A stretch of 64,000 nt of DNA from an uncultured Candidatus Rokubacteria bacterium (GCA_963747235.1 CAVVEU010000015.1:1-64000), one strand, 5' to 3'; numbered from the stretch's first letter, positions 10,937 through 21,746 are shown. Program-made: numbers and translations. The notes: generated from the letters alone by a model not told the origin.

Positions 10937-11728
10937 CTACGGGCCGAGCAGGCGCTTGAGCTGCGACATGGACTTGACGATGTAGTGCGCGACCCCGTCC
11001 GGCCCGCCCTTGGGCGCGAAGAGCACCGCGGTCATGCCGACGCGGCGCGCGCCCCGCACGTCGGAGTCGATGCTGTCGCCCACCATCGCCGCGTCGTCCA
11101 CGCCGAGGCCCATGCGCTGGAGCGCCAGCTCGAAGAGCGGCGGCTCGGGCTTGCCGATCACGATCGGCCGCGCCCCCGCCGCGGAGGCGACCGCCTCCAC
11201 GATGGCGCCGCAGCCGGGCAGGAACTGGCCGTCCTCCATCGGCAGGCGCGGATCGATGTTCGGCGTCACGAAGGCGGCGCCCGCGTCCACCGCGCGCGCG
11301 GCCGCGGTCAGGCGCTCGTAGCTGAAGTCGAAGTCGTTGCCCACGACCACCACGGTGGCCTCGCGGTAGGCGTCCACCGGCACGAGGGTGTGGCCGGCCT
11401 CCACCAGCACCGCGGCCAGCTCCGGCCCGCCGATGGCCAGGACCCGCGACGGGCCCCAGCGCTGGGCCACGACCTCGCCCAGGATCTCGAGTGGGGTGAG
11501 CACCTCGGCTTCCTTGGCCTGGACGCCCAGGCGCTCCAGCTTGGCCTGCATGGTGCTGGCGCGGGCGCGCGAGTTATTGGTGAGGAAACACAGCCCCTTG
11601 CCCTGCCTCCGGATCAAGGCGAGCACCTCGGCGGCGCCCGGCGTGAGCACCTCGCCGGTCCAGACGCAGCCGTCGAGATCGAAGACCAGGCCGCGCATCT
11701 CGCGGAGGGCACGCCGTGGCGGGCTCAT
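10937..11728 (-). CDS. HAD-IIA (NagD-like) hydrolase
   Basis: FDLDGC, LTNNS, IGKPE and MVGDSIDSD motifs. Confidence 0.9.
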   Translation of the reverse strand: MSPPRRALREMRGLVFDLDGCVWTGEVLTPGAAEVLALIRRQGKGLCFLTNNSRARASTMQAKLERLGVQAKEAEVLTPLEILGEVVAQRWGPSRVLAIGGPELAAVLVEAGHTLVPVDAYREATVVVVGNDFDFSYERLTAAARAVDAGAAFVTPNIDPRLPMEDGQFLPGCGAIVEAVASAAGARPIVIGKPEPPLFELALQRMGLGVDDAAMVGDSIDSDVRGARRVGMTAVLFAPKGGPDGVAHYIVKSMSQLKRLLGP

Positions 11729-11837
11729 GGGTGGCGGTCGGATACTAACACGCGGGCCACGAGCCCGGGGGGCGGCGGCGGCACCGGCTCTCTCAGAACT
11801 TGGGGCGCGAGGCCGATCGCGCTAGATTTGGGGCGCC

Positions 11838-12482
11838 ATGAGTAACAGCCGGACGTATACGCTGCGGAATGCGGCGTCGATCGTCTTCGCGCTGACCGCG
11901 GTCATTCCTCTGCTCCTGTTCACCTACACGCTCTACCTGCTCGGGCAGCTCGGGCAATTCCAGGCCCAGATGGGACTCGGCGTCGCGCTCGGCTGCGCGC
12001 TGGTGGGCCTCTTCATCTTCTCGAACCTGATGGCGCGCCTCGGCGAGGTGCTGCGCTTCCTCGAGGGGCAACCGGCGGCCGCCGAGACCCCGGACGGCGC
12101 CGCCGAGGCGAACTCGGCCGAAGATCGCGCGGCACGGCCGGTCTCGGTGGCCACCAACGGCCCCGCGAGCCCGCCGTGGTCCGGCCCCGGCGGCCTGCTC
12201 GTTCCCGGCCTCGGCACGATCACCGCGGCGAGCCGGGCGGCCTCGGCGGCACGACAGGCCGCGGGCGTCTTCGACGACGTGCAGAAGACGATGTGGCACG
12301 CCGAGGCCCAGCAGCACCTCGGGCGGCGCGTGCTCATCTCGGTGAAGAACGCGCCCGAGCCGATCGCGGGCAGCCTGGCCCAGATCGCCGAGGACGGCGT
12401 CCTGCTCGAGAAGGACGACGAGCGGGTGGCGGTCAGCTACCTCCGCATCACCAACATCGAAGCCGACCCCTCCGATACGTAA
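11838..12482 (+). CDS. Hypothetical protein: two TM helices, low-complexity linker, small C-terminal beta domain
   Basis: 214 aa ORF with high-GC3 codon usage. Confidence 0.7.
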   Translation: MSNSRTYTLRNAASIVFALTAVIPLLLFTYTLYLLGQLGQFQAQMGLGVALGCALVGLFIFSNLMARLGEVLRFLEGQPAAAETPDGAAEANSAEDRAARPVSVATNGPASPPWSGPGGLLVPGLGTITAASRAASAARQAAGVFDDVQKTMWHAEAQQHLGRRVLISVKNAPEPIAGSLAQIAEDGVLLEKDDERVAVSYLRITNIEADPSDT

Positions 12483-12545
12483 TCGGAGGGGCTCGCCCCC
12501 TCCGAGCCTCCCCCAGAGCAGGTTGCGCGGGCGGAGCCCGCGCTC
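12483..12545. repeat. Composite palindromic intergenic element, family 2
   Basis: Two hairpins between convergent genes: tcggagggg/ctcgc/cccctccga and gcgcgggc/gga/gcccgcgc. Confidence 0.6.
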
Positions 12546-12556
12546 AGCGCTCCGCG

Positions 12557-14347
12557 CTAGCGGCGCCGCAGGATGGCGCTGAGGGCGACGCGCGCGCGCG
12601 CATCGCCCGGATCCAGCCCGACCGCCTCGCGATAAGCGGCTTCCGCCTGACGCCACCGGCCCTGGCGCGCCAGCAGGTGCCCGAGCCGCGCGTGCGCCTC
12701 GGCCAGGTCCGGGCTCACCTCGATGGCCGTGCGGTAGGCGGCCTCGGCCTCCTCGAGCTTGCCCTGCCGCTCGAGCGCGGTCCACAGACCGAAGTGGCTC
12801 TGCGCGTCGTCGGGCCGGAGGCCCAGCGCGTCACGGTACGCGGCCTCGGCCCGGGTGTTCTGCCCCTGCAGCAGCAGGGCCGCGCCCAGCCCGCGGTGCG
12901 AGGCGATCCGCCGCGGCTTCACCCGGATGGCCTCGCGGAAGGCCTCCACCGCCTCGTCGTGGCGACCCGTCTCGGTCAGCAGCTCGCCCAGGTCGCCCCA
13001 CGCCCGCGCGTAGCCCGGCTTGAGCGCCACCGCCCCGCGGAAGGCGGCCTCGGCCGCCGCGTGCTTGCCCTGCGAGTAGAGCGCCATGCCGAGGCCGCGG
13101 TGGAGCGGCGCGCCGTCCGGCTTCACCTCGAGCGCCTGGCGATAGGCCGCCTCCGACTCCGCGTGGCGCCCCTGGCGGCCGAGGCCGAGCGCCAGGTTGG
13201 CGCGGGCCACCGGGTCCTGCGGATTGAGGCGCACCGCCTCGCGCAGCGCCGCCTCCGCCTCCGCGTGGCGCCCCTGGCGGCCCATCGCGATGCCGAGCTC
13301 GACGTAGAGATCCGCGTTGTCGGGCGCCAGCGCGACGGCGCGACGAAACTCGCCTTCGGCCGCGCCGAGCAGCCCCTGCGCCTCCAGGGCCAGGCCCAGA
13401 TCGGCGTGCAGGTGCGCGTCGGCCGGCTTGAGCTGGATCGCGCGCTCGTAGACGCGCGCCTCCTCGGACCACTTGGCCTGGCGGCGATAGATCGAGGCGA
13501 GGCCCACGTAGGCGTCGAGCAGATCGGGCTCCAGTCGCAGCGCTTCGAGCAGCGCGGTCTCGGCGTCCGGGAAGCGTCCCTGCCGCTCGAGCACGCGGCC
13601 GAGCCGCGCGCGCCAGCGACCGCTCGTGGGCGCGAGGCGCGCGGCCCGCGCGTAGGCGGCCACCGCCTCGCGATAGCGCCGCAGGCGCTCGAGCACGAGC
13701 CCGAGGCGGCCGTGCAGCACGGGCTCGTCCGGCCGCAGGATCGCGGCCTCGCGATAGGCCACCGCCGCGTCGCCCCACCGCCGCAGGCGGCGCAGGGCCT
13801 CCGCGTGCTGGGCGTGCGCCCGGTGGGCGCGCGGGTCGAGCCGCACCGCCTCCGCGAAGGCGGCGGCGGCCTCCGCGTCGCGCCCCTGCGCGGCCAGCGC
13901 CAGGCCCAGGCCGTGGCGCGCGATCGGGTTCGACGGGGCCAGGCGGATGGTCTCCTCGAACTCGCGCATCGCCTCGTCCGTCTGGCCCAGGCGCGCGAGG
14001 GTGACCGCGAGCCCGTGGCGCGCCTCCGCGCTGCGCGGGGCCAGCCGCGCCGCCTCGCGCGAGGCCGTCTCCTCCTCGCGCGCCTTGCCGAGGCGCCGGC
14101 ACACCGCCGCGAGGCGGAGCCACGCCGTCGCGTGATCGCGCTTGCCGCGGACGGCGGCGCGGAAGGCGGCCTCCGCGCCGGCCCACTTTCGCTGGCGCTC
14201 GAGCACCAGGCCCAGCTTGAAGTTGGCCTTCACGCTGCGCGGCTCGATCGCCAGCGCCGCGGTCAGCGCGTGCTCGGCGTCGGCGTAGCGGCCGTCCCGG
14301 ATCGAGCGCTCCGCGCTGTCGAGGCAGAAGGCGAACTGCGTGCTCAC
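12557..14347 (-). CDS. Tetratricopeptide-repeat protein (about 16 TPRs)
   Basis: Continuous 34-aa TPR periodicity (A..LG....QG...EA..AYR.A..L.P); GTG start overlaps the upstream stop. Confidence 0.88.
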   Translation of the reverse strand: MSTQFAFCLDSAERSIRDGRYADAEHALTAALAIEPRSVKANFKLGLVLERQRKWAGAEAAFRAAVRGKRDHATAWLRLAAVCRRLGKAREEETASREAARLAPRSAEARHGLAVTLARLGQTDEAMREFEETIRLAPSNPIARHGLGLALAAQGRDAEAAAAFAEAVRLDPRAHRAHAQHAEALRRLRRWGDAAVAYREAAILRPDEPVLHGRLGLVLERLRRYREAVAAYARAARLAPTSGRWRARLGRVLERQGRFPDAETALLEALRLEPDLLDAYVGLASIYRRQAKWSEEARVYERAIQLKPADAHLHADLGLALEAQGLLGAAEGEFRRAVALAPDNADLYVELGIAMGRQGRHAEAEAALREAVRLNPQDPVARANLALGLGRQGRHAESEAAYRQALEVKPDGAPLHRGLGMALYSQGKHAAAEAAFRGAVALKPGYARAWGDLGELLTETGRHDEAVEAFREAIRVKPRRIASHRGLGAALLLQGQNTRAEAAYRDALGLRPDDAQSHFGLWTALERQGKLEEAEAAYRTAIEVSPDLAEAHARLGHLLARQGRWRQAEAAYREAVGLDPGDARARVALSAILRRR

Positions 14348-15465
14348 GACCGGCCGCGCTGGGCGATCTGCTCCACGACGAGGTCCACGATGTGCTGGGC
14401 CGCGTCGGGACGCCGCAGGCGCCGCAGCGAGCCCTGCAGCCGCTCGACGGTGTCCGGATCGCCCACCGCCCGGTCCAGCAGACGGCGCAGCGCGCCGCGC
14501 GATCGCGCGACCAGCGCGATGCCCGCCCGCGAGGCGAAGCGCTCGTTGCCGCGCTCCTGGCCCGGAAGGGAGCCGTAGAGCAGCAGCGGGACCGCGGCGG
14601 CGGTCGCCTCGGCGAGCGTCATGCCGCCCGCCTTGGTGACGAGCAGATCCGCGGCGGCGAGGAGCGTGCGCACGTCCTCCACGAAGCCCACCACGCGCAC
14701 CGGGCTCCGCCCGGCCAGCCGCGCGAGATCGGCCCGCAGGCGCTCGTCGCGGCCGGCCACCACCACCGCCTGCATCGGCCGCTCCATCGTGAGCAGCGCG
14801 CGCGTGACGTCGCGGAGGCGGCCGAGCGAGCCCTGCGTGCCCGCCATCGCCACGATGGTGGGCAGCCCGGGCGAGAGGCCCAGCGCGCGGCGCGCCGCGT
14901 CCGCGTCCACCGCGCGCGCGAACTCCGCGCGCACCGGCACGCCGGTGACGATCACGCGCTCGGGCGGGATGCCGCGCGCGACGAACTCGTTCCGCACCTC
15001 CTCCGCGGCCACGCAGTAGCGGTCCACCGGGCTCGACATCCACTGGCTGTGGGCCACGAAGTCGGTCACCGCGGTGGTGTGCGGCGGCAGGCGGCGACCG
15101 CTCGCGGCGAGCGCGGCCATGGCCACCGCGGGCGTCGCGTGCACCGTGATGACCGCGTCCGGCCGCATCGTGTCGAGCAGGCGCGCCAGGCGCGCGGTGC
15201 CCACCCGGGTCATGCCGAAGGAGAGCGGCGACTCCGGCCCCATGCGGTCGCCGAGACCGTAGGCCAGCGCCCACACGCCGGGCGCGCGGCGCAGCAGCCA
15301 GTAGTAGGCCGCGCGGCTCACGTGCGCGAAGACCGGGTGCACGAGCTCGCGGAAGTGATCCACCACCACCGCGTGGCCGCCGCGCGCTTCGATGGCGGCG
15401 GCCAGGCTGCGCGCGGCCTCCGCGTGGCCCGATCCGTAGCTGGCGCTCAGGATGAGGATGCGCAA
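14344..15465 (-). CDS. GT28 / MGDG-synthase (UgtP-like) glycosyltransferase
   Basis: SASYGSGH, VTDFVAHSQW, VTGVPVR, DLLVTKAGG and PGQERGN motifs. Confidence 0.85.
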   Translation of the reverse strand: MRILILSASYGSGHAEAARSLAAAIEARGGHAVVVDHFRELVHPVFAHVSRAAYYWLLRRAPGVWALAYGLGDRMGPESPLSFGMTRVGTARLARLLDTMRPDAVITVHATPAVAMAALAASGRRLPPHTTAVTDFVAHSQWMSSPVDRYCVAAEEVRNEFVARGIPPERVIVTGVPVRAEFARAVDADAARRALGLSPGLPTIVAMAGTQGSLGRLRDVTRALLTMERPMQAVVVAGRDERLRADLARLAGRSPVRVVGFVEDVRTLLAAADLLVTKAGGMTLAEATAAAVPLLLYGSLPGQERGNERFASRAGIALVARSRGALRRLLDRAVGDPDTVERLQGSLRRLRRPDAAQHIVDLVVEQIAQRGRS

Positions 15466-15470
15466 TGGGC

Positions 15471-16106
15471 TCAGAGCGCGATCGGCTCGTCCACGTAGAC
15501 GGTGTAGCGGCGCGGGCGGCCGCGCCCGGCGTCGGCGGGATCCACGTAGAGGATGGAGCTCTGCCCGCGGATCGCGGCGGGCTGGATCGAGAAGCGGATG
15601 AAGCTGGTCTCGCGCTCGGCGGCCGACACCGCGAGCACCGGCTCGCGCCCGCTCTCGAACCAGGCCTCGCCGGGATTCACGGTGCGCGGCGCGCCCTCGG
15701 CCACCGTCACCTCGAGGCGGCCGCGGAGCAGGCAGCGGATGCCGCCGCCCCGGTGGCGATGCGGCGGCGCGATCCCGCCCGGCTCGAAGTCCACGCGGTC
15801 GCAGCGCATGAGCCATCCCGCGCCGCCCGCCACATCGATCGGGTGCTCGAGCAGCACGCGCCCGCCCGCCGCGGGCGGCGGCTGGCGGACCAGCTCGACC
15901 CGGTACACCACGGCGCCCGCGGGGCCGGCGTGCGCGGTGCGATCGGCGGGACCGACCGCGGGCACCGGCTCGGCCGCCTCGCCGCCCAGGAGCTCGCCCG
16001 AGACCGCGTAGAGCACGCGGGGCGCGCGCGGCCGAGGGGCGGCCGCGCCGGCGGCGAGACGATCTTCGATGAGACGGAGCGAGTAGGCCATCGCGCGAGA
16101 CTCCAT
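15471..16106 (-). CDS. Cupin-domain protein
   Basis: PGGIAPPHRHRGGGIRCLLRG...PGEAWFE. Confidence 0.75.
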   Translation of the reverse strand: MESRAMAYSLRLIEDRLAAGAAAPRPRAPRVLYAVSGELLGGEAAEPVPAVGPADRTAHAGPAGAVVYRVELVRQPPPAAGGRVLLEHPIDVAGGAGWLMRCDRVDFEPGGIAPPHRHRGGGIRCLLRGRLEVTVAEGAPRTVNPGEAWFESGREPVLAVSAAERETSFIRFSIQPAAIRGQSSILYVDPADAGRGRPRRYTVYVDEPIAL

Positions 16107-16150
16107 AGTAATCGCTTGGCGTGGCCCGGCGAAACCCCTACCCTGTCCGG

Positions 16151-17005
16151 GTGACCGCCGCGGCGCTCCTCCTCGTCCTGGGCGCGGCCGTGCTCCACGC
16201 GGGCTGGAACGCGCTCACCAAGCGCGCGGGCGATCCGGTGGTGTTCCTGTGGTGGGTCGGCGTGCTCGCGAGCGCGCTCTACGCCCCGATCGCGCTGGTG
16301 ATCCTGGTCCGCGACGGCTTCACCGCCGCGGCCATCCCGTTCGTGCTCGGCACCATCGTGCTCCACGCCCTCTACTTCTTCACCCTCGGCCGCGCCTATG
16401 CCACCGGCGACTTTTCACTGGTCTATCCCATCGCACGCGGCTTCGGGGTCGCGCTGGTGCCGATCGCCGCGCTCGCCTTGTGGGACGAGCGCCTCTCCCC
16501 GCTCGGCACGCTCGGGGTGATCCTGGTGGCGAGCGGCATCTTCTTCCTCCACTGGCGGCCGGGCGCGTGGACCCGGGCGGCCTTCCTGGCCTCGGGCACC
16601 GGCTGGGCGCTGGCCACCGGCGTGCTGATCGCGTCGTACTCCCTGCTCGACAAGGCGGGCGTGGCGCGCCTGCACCCGTTCGCCTACATCTGGCTCATGG
16701 AGGTGGGCTCCTGCGCGCTGCTCACGCCGGTGGCCTTCGCCAAGGGTGCGCTGACGCGCCGCGAGTGGCGTCTGAATCGCGGGACGATCGCGGCCGCCGC
16801 GCTGATGAGCCCCACCGGCTACCTGCTGGTGCTCTTCGCCTTCCAGTTCTCGAAGACCGGCTACGTGGTGGCGGCCCGCGAGATGTCCATCGTGCTCTCC
16901 GCCATCATCGGCAGCGTGTGGCTCAAGGAAGGCGGGCTCGGGCGGCGGCTGGCCGGCGCCGTGGTCGTGCTGGCCGGGGTCGCGTGCGTGGCGATGGCCC
17001 GATGA
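16151..17005 (+). CDS. EamA/DMT-family transporter
   Basis: LHAGWNAL, GDFSLVYPIARG and AAREMSI motifs; about 10 TM segments. Confidence 0.85.
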   Translation: MTAAALLLVLGAAVLHAGWNALTKRAGDPVVFLWWVGVLASALYAPIALVILVRDGFTAAAIPFVLGTIVLHALYFFTLGRAYATGDFSLVYPIARGFGVALVPIAALALWDERLSPLGTLGVILVASGIFFLHWRPGAWTRAAFLASGTGWALATGVLIASYSLLDKAGVARLHPFAYIWLMEVGSCALLTPVAFAKGALTRREWRLNRGTIAAAALMSPTGYLLVLFAFQFSKTGYVVAAREMSIVLSAIIGSVWLKEGGLGRRLAGAVVVLAGVACVAMAR

Positions 17006-17890
17006 GGAGCGAGGCGGCGCGGCACGGCCGGCTCCTGGTCGGAGCCGCCGCGATGTGCTGGAGCACGGGCGGCTTGATCGCGCGCCTCGTGGACACCGAT
17101 CCGTGGACCACCGTGTTCTGGCGCGGGCTCTTCTGCGCCGCCTTCCTGGTGGCGGTGACCGCGCGGCGGGAGGGCCGCGGCACGCCCGGCGTCTTCCGGG
17201 GCATGGGGCGGCCGGGCCTCGCGATGGCGGTCTGCTTCGCCACCGCGTCCACCTGCTTCATCATGGCGCTCCACCGGACCTCGGTGGCGAACGTGCTGAT
17301 CATCCAGAGCCTGAGCCCGTTCATGGCCGGGCTGCTCGGCTGGCTCTGGATGGGCGAGCGCGTGGCCGGCCGCACGTGGGCCGCGATGGGCGTGGCGCTC
17401 CTGGGCAGCGCCATCATGGTCTCGCGCTACTTCTACACGGAGGCGGCCGCGGGCTCGATCGGCGGCGATCTCCTCGCCTTCACGGTGGCGCTGGCCTTCG
17501 CGATCGCCACCGTGATCCTCCGGCGCAACCGCCACGTGCAGATGCTGCCCGCCGCCGCGCTCGCCGCCGCGCTGACCAGCGTGGTGACGGCCGCCGCGGC
17601 GCAGCCGGGATCGGCGGGCGCGGGCGATCTCCTGCTCCTGGCCCTGTTCGGCACCGGCCAGCTCGGCCTCGGCATGATCCTGTTCACCGCGGGCGCGCGC
17701 CGCATCCCGGTGGCGGAGGCGGCGCTCATCGCGGTGCTGGAGAGCGTGCTGGGCCCGGTGTGGGTCTGGCTCGCGCTGGGCGAGAATCCCGGCGTGCCCT
17801 CGCTGGTGGGCGGCGCCATCGTGCTGGCCGCGCTTGCCGGCCACACCCTGGCCGACCTGCGGCTCGACGTGGCGCGCGGAGGCGGCTCAG
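17002..17890 (+). CDS. EamA/DMT-family transporter; 3' end uncertain
   Basis: Within the 16249..18378 ORF: WSTGG, TSVANVL, LESVLGPVWVWL; ATGA overlap with the upstream gene. Confidence 0.8.
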
Positions 17891-18300
17891 TCGGTGTCGG
17901 GATCGGGGTCGCGGAACCGCCCGTCCACCGGCACCTGATAGGCGTTCGCCAGCGAGTTGGTCTCGCAGGCCATGCCGACCACCGCGAGCAGCTCGCCCCG
18001 CATGGCCTCGGTCATGCCGGCGCGGCGCGCGCCCGCGGTGTGCGAGGCGATGCAGTAGTCGCAGCCGTTGGCCGCGCTCACCGCGAGGTAGATCATCTCC
18101 TTGGTCAGCGGGTCGAGCGCGCCCGGCCCCATGATCTGCTTGATGCTCTCCCAGGTGCGGCGCAGGGTCGGCGGGTGGTTGGCGAGCGCCTTCCAGAAGT
18201 TGTTGATCCAGTCCGTCTTGCGCGTGGCCATGATGTCGTCGTAGACCTCGCGCACCTCGGGCGTCGCGAACTCGTACTCGATCAGCTCGGTGATGGGCAT
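17887..18300 (-). CDS. Carboxymuconolactone decarboxylase / AhpD-like protein
   Basis: KEMIYLAVSAANGCDYCIASH. Confidence 0.88.
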   Translation of the reverse strand: MPITELIEYEFATPEVREVYDDIMATRKTDWINNFWKALANHPPTLRRTWESIKQIMGPGALDPLTKEMIYLAVSAANGCDYCIASHTAGARRAGMTEAMRGELLAVVGMACETNSLANAYQVPVDGRFRDPDPDTD

Positions 18301-18319
18301 CGTCGCGCCTCCTTTCGCC

Positions 18320-19232
18320 CTACTCCCCGCGGAGAGTCGGGTCCAGCACGTCGCGGAGCCAGTCGCCGGTGCGGCTGACCACGATGGAGGTGACCATGAG
18401 CACGATCCCGGGGAACGTGGAGATCCACCAGGCCGAGTCGAGGTACTCGCGGCCCTCCTGCACCATGCCGCCCCAGGACGGCGTGGGCGGCTGGATGCCC
18501 AGGCCCAGGAAGGACAGCGTGGCCTCGAGCACGATGGCCCGGGCCAGCTCGAGCGTGGCGATGACCACGATGGACGAGAGCACGTTGGGCAGCACGTGGC
18601 GGAGCACGACGCGGGCGAGCGAGCCGCCGAGGGCGTGGATGGACTCCACGAACTCGCGCGAGCGCAGCACCAGCACCTGCGAGCGCAGGATGCGGGCGTA
18701 GGAGACCCAGCCCGGAGAGCCCGATCACCACCACCAGCGTCGGGAAGCTCGGGCCCAGCACCGCGATGATGCCGATGGCGAGCAGGATGAACGGGAAGGC
18801 GAGCTGGGCGTCCGCCACCGTCATGATGACGGCGTCCACGCGCCCGCTGCTGAAGCCGGCCGCCGAGCCCCGCCGCCGCCCCGAGCAGGCCGCCCACCAG
18901 CACCGCCGAGAAGCCGATCACCAGCGAGACGCGCGAGCCGTGGATCACGCGCGAGAGCACGTCGCGGCCCAGGTGATCGGTGCCGAGCAGGTGGGCGCGC
19001 CCGTCGGAGCCCTGCCACGTCGGCGCGGCGAGGCGGCCGCGCAGGCTCTGGCGGATCGGGTCCTGGGGCGCGATGCAGCGGGGCGGCCGCGGCCACCACC
19101 AGCAGCAGCCGCGACGAAGCCCACGCCCGCCACCACCAGCACGGGGAACCGGCGCCGGCGCCTGGGAATCCGGAGCGCGGGCGCGGCGAGGGCCGCGTCA
19201 GCCGGCGCGGATGCGGGGATCGAGGACGCCAT
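18320..19232 (-). CDS. ABC peptide permease (DppC-like); several indels, start uncertain
   Basis: LSRVIHGSRVSL, AFPFILLAI and EATLSFLGLGIQPPTPSWG fragments across frames. Confidence 0.8.
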
Positions 19233-20124
19233 AGATCAGGTCCACGAAGAAGTTGATCACCACGAACATGAGCGCGGCCAGGAAGACCGTGCACTGCACC
19301 ACCGCGTAGTCGCGGTTGTAGATGGACTGCACCGCGAGCCGGCCGATGCCGGGCCACGCGAAGACGGTCTCGGTGACGACCGCGCCGCCCAGCAGCGTGC
19401 CGAACTGCAGCCCGGTGATGGTCACGATCGGGATCGCCGCGTTCTTGAGCGTGTGCTTGGCCACCACCCACATCTCGGCCACGCCCTTGGCCCGCGCGGT
19501 GCGGATGTAGTCCGCGCCCAGCACCTCCAGCACCGCCGAGCGGGTGAGCCGGGCGATGGAGGCCATGGTGAAGGCGCCCAGCGTGAGCGCGGGCAGCACG
19601 AGGTTACGCCAGTCGCCGCGGCCCGAGGTCGGGAAGAGATCGGCCTTGAGCGACAGCAGCAGGATGAAGAGGATGCCGAGGAAGAACGTGGGCGCCGACT
19701 GGCCGACCAGGGCCAGGCCCATCGCCACGTGGTCCACCAGGGTGTTGCGCCGCATGGCGGAGAAGAGCCCGATGGGCACCGCCACCACCGCGGCGAGCAC
19801 GAAGGCGGTGAGCCCCAGCTCGAGCGTGGCCACCAGGTAGCCGCGCACCACGTTGAAGGCGGGCTCGCGGAAGTGGATCGAGCGGCCGAAGTCGCCGCGC
19901 GCGAGGTTCGACAGGAAGATCACGTACTGCACCGGGATCGGCTGGTCGAGGCCCAGCTCGCGGCGCACGCGCATGATCTCGCTGTGCGGCGCGTCGGGGG
20001 GCAGCAGCAGCGGCACCGGGTCGCCGGACAGGCGCATGACCACGAAGACCACGGTGGACACGAGCCAGAGCGCGATGAGGGCGCGGAAGAGGCGGTGACC
20101 GAGGAACGGAACGAATCCGCGCAT
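19198..20124 (-). CDS. ABC peptide permease (DppB-like)
   Basis: DYIRTARAKG, ETVFAWPGIG and DPRIR motifs. Confidence 0.92.
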   Translation of the reverse strand: MRGFVPFLGHRLFRALIALWLVSTVVFVVMRLSGDPVPLLLPPDAPHSEIMRVRRELGLDQPIPVQYVIFLSNLARGDFGRSIHFREPAFNVVRGYLVATLELGLTAFVLAAVVAVPIGLFSAMRRNTLVDHVAMGLALVGQSAPTFFLGILFILLLSLKADLFPTSGRGDWRNLVLPALTLGAFTMASIARLTRSAVLEVLGADYIRTARAKGVAEMWVVAKHTLKNAAIPIVTITGLQFGTLLGGAVVTETVFAWPGIGRLAVQSIYNRDYAVVQCTVFLAALMFVVINFFVDLIYGVLDPRIRAG

Positions 20125-20149
20125 GACTGGATGCTCTCCCCTCTTCCCA

Positions 20150-20183
20150 CCCTCTCCCCGATGGGGAGAGGGCAGGGTGAGGG
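20150..20183. repeat. REP-like palindrome, family 1 (reverse orientation)
   Basis: ccctctcccc/gat/ggggagaggg-cagggtgaggg; the reverse complement shares ccctcaccctgccctctcccc with the copy at 392. Confidence 0.8.
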
Positions 20184-20196
20184 AGGTGGCGACGAC

Positions 20197-21746
20197 TTAC
20201 GCGCGACGAAGCTTCAGGTTGAAGCGACGCACCTCGAACTGCTGGTTCGGGTTCGGCGTGAAGTCCACGTACTTCTGGAGCCCGTAGTCCTCGTACGGCT
20301 GGATGACCGGGCAGCCAGGGCAGGTGCTCCAGGAAGATCTTGGTCATCTCCTTGTAGGCCTCGCCCGCGGAACTTCTCGTCCACGCTGAAGCGGGCCGCG
20401 TTGCCCAGCTCGTCGAACTTGGCATCGCGCCAGTAGTCCTGCGGTCCGCCCGGGCCGAGCAGCCGCCACATCATGCCGTCCGGATCGCCCAGGGTGGACG
20501 TCGGGTCCGACCAGAACACGCCCTTGAAGCTCTTCTCGCGGTTCTTCTGGGCGCGCACCGAGTACTCGATGACCTCGACCTTGACGTTGACACCCACGTC
20601 CTTCCACATGGCCGCGATGGCTTCCGACATCGCCTTGTCCTGCGCCACGTAGGCCACCGTGGTCTCGATGAAGATCTCCTCGTTCTTGTAGCCCGCCTTC
20701 TTGAGCCGATCCTTGCGCCTCGGCCGGGTTGTAGGCCAGCGCCGGCAGGCTCGCGTCGAAGTGGTTGTCGCCCTTGGCGATGGGGCCGCTGGGCACGACG
20801 CCGCGCCCGCGCCACAGCTCCTTCACGATGGCCTCGCGATCGATGGCCAGCGACAGCGCCTGCTTCACGAGCGGATTGTCGAGCGGCGGCCGCTTGCTGT
20901 TCACCGCGAGCACGTAGAGGCCCGCGTAGAGCGCGCCCGCCACGCGCGTGGAGGCGTTACCGGCCACGCGCTCGCCCTGGTCGGGCGGGAGCTGGGTGAT
21001 GATGTCCACCTCGCCCTTGAGCAGCGCCGCGATGCGCGGCGCCGTCTCCGGGATCGGCCGCATGATCCAGCGGTCCACCTCGATCTTGCCGCCCCAGTAG
21101 TCCGGGTTGGCCTCGAGCACCGCCTTGTCGTCCTTCACCCAGGAGCCGAAGCGCACCGGGCCCGTGCCGACCGGCTTGGCATTGAAGGTGTCGTTGCCGA
21201 CCGCCTCGAGGTACTTCTTCGGCACGATCTGGCCGCCGTAGAACGCCAGGCGCGCGGGCAGCAGCGGGTCCGGCTTCTTGGTGGTGGATGACGAGCGTGA
21301 AGGGATCCGGCGCCTCGATCTGCTCGATCGTGGCGAGCGCGGTGGCCACCATGGTCTTGGCGGCCGGGTCGTAGGTGCGCTCGATGCTGAACTTGGCGTC
21401 GGCCGACGTGAAGGCGTCGCCGTTGTGGAACTTGACGCCCTGGCGCAGCTTGAAGCGCCACGTGGTCTGGCCCCTCGAGCTTCCACTCGGTCGCGAGCCC
21501 CGGGTGGAGCTTGCCGTCCGGATGGCGGCTCGTCAGGTTGTCGAAGACGTTGAAGGACACCCGGATGTCGTTCGACGAGGTGCTGAAGTGCGGGTCGAAC
21601 TTGGAGATGTCGCCCGCCTGGGCGGTCACCAGCTCCTTCTTCTGGGTGGTCTGGGCCAGGGCCGCGCCGGGCGCGGTCAGGGGCACCGTGGCGGCGGCGC
21701 CGAGGGCGGCCGCTCCCTTGAGCAGGTCACGTCGGGTCAATTCCAT
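20197..21746 (-). CDS. Tat-exported family-5 ABC substrate-binding protein; several indels
   Basis: MELTRRDLLK Tat signal; GLATEWK, GTGPV, NPDYWGG and LSLAIDR motifs. Confidence 0.88.
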
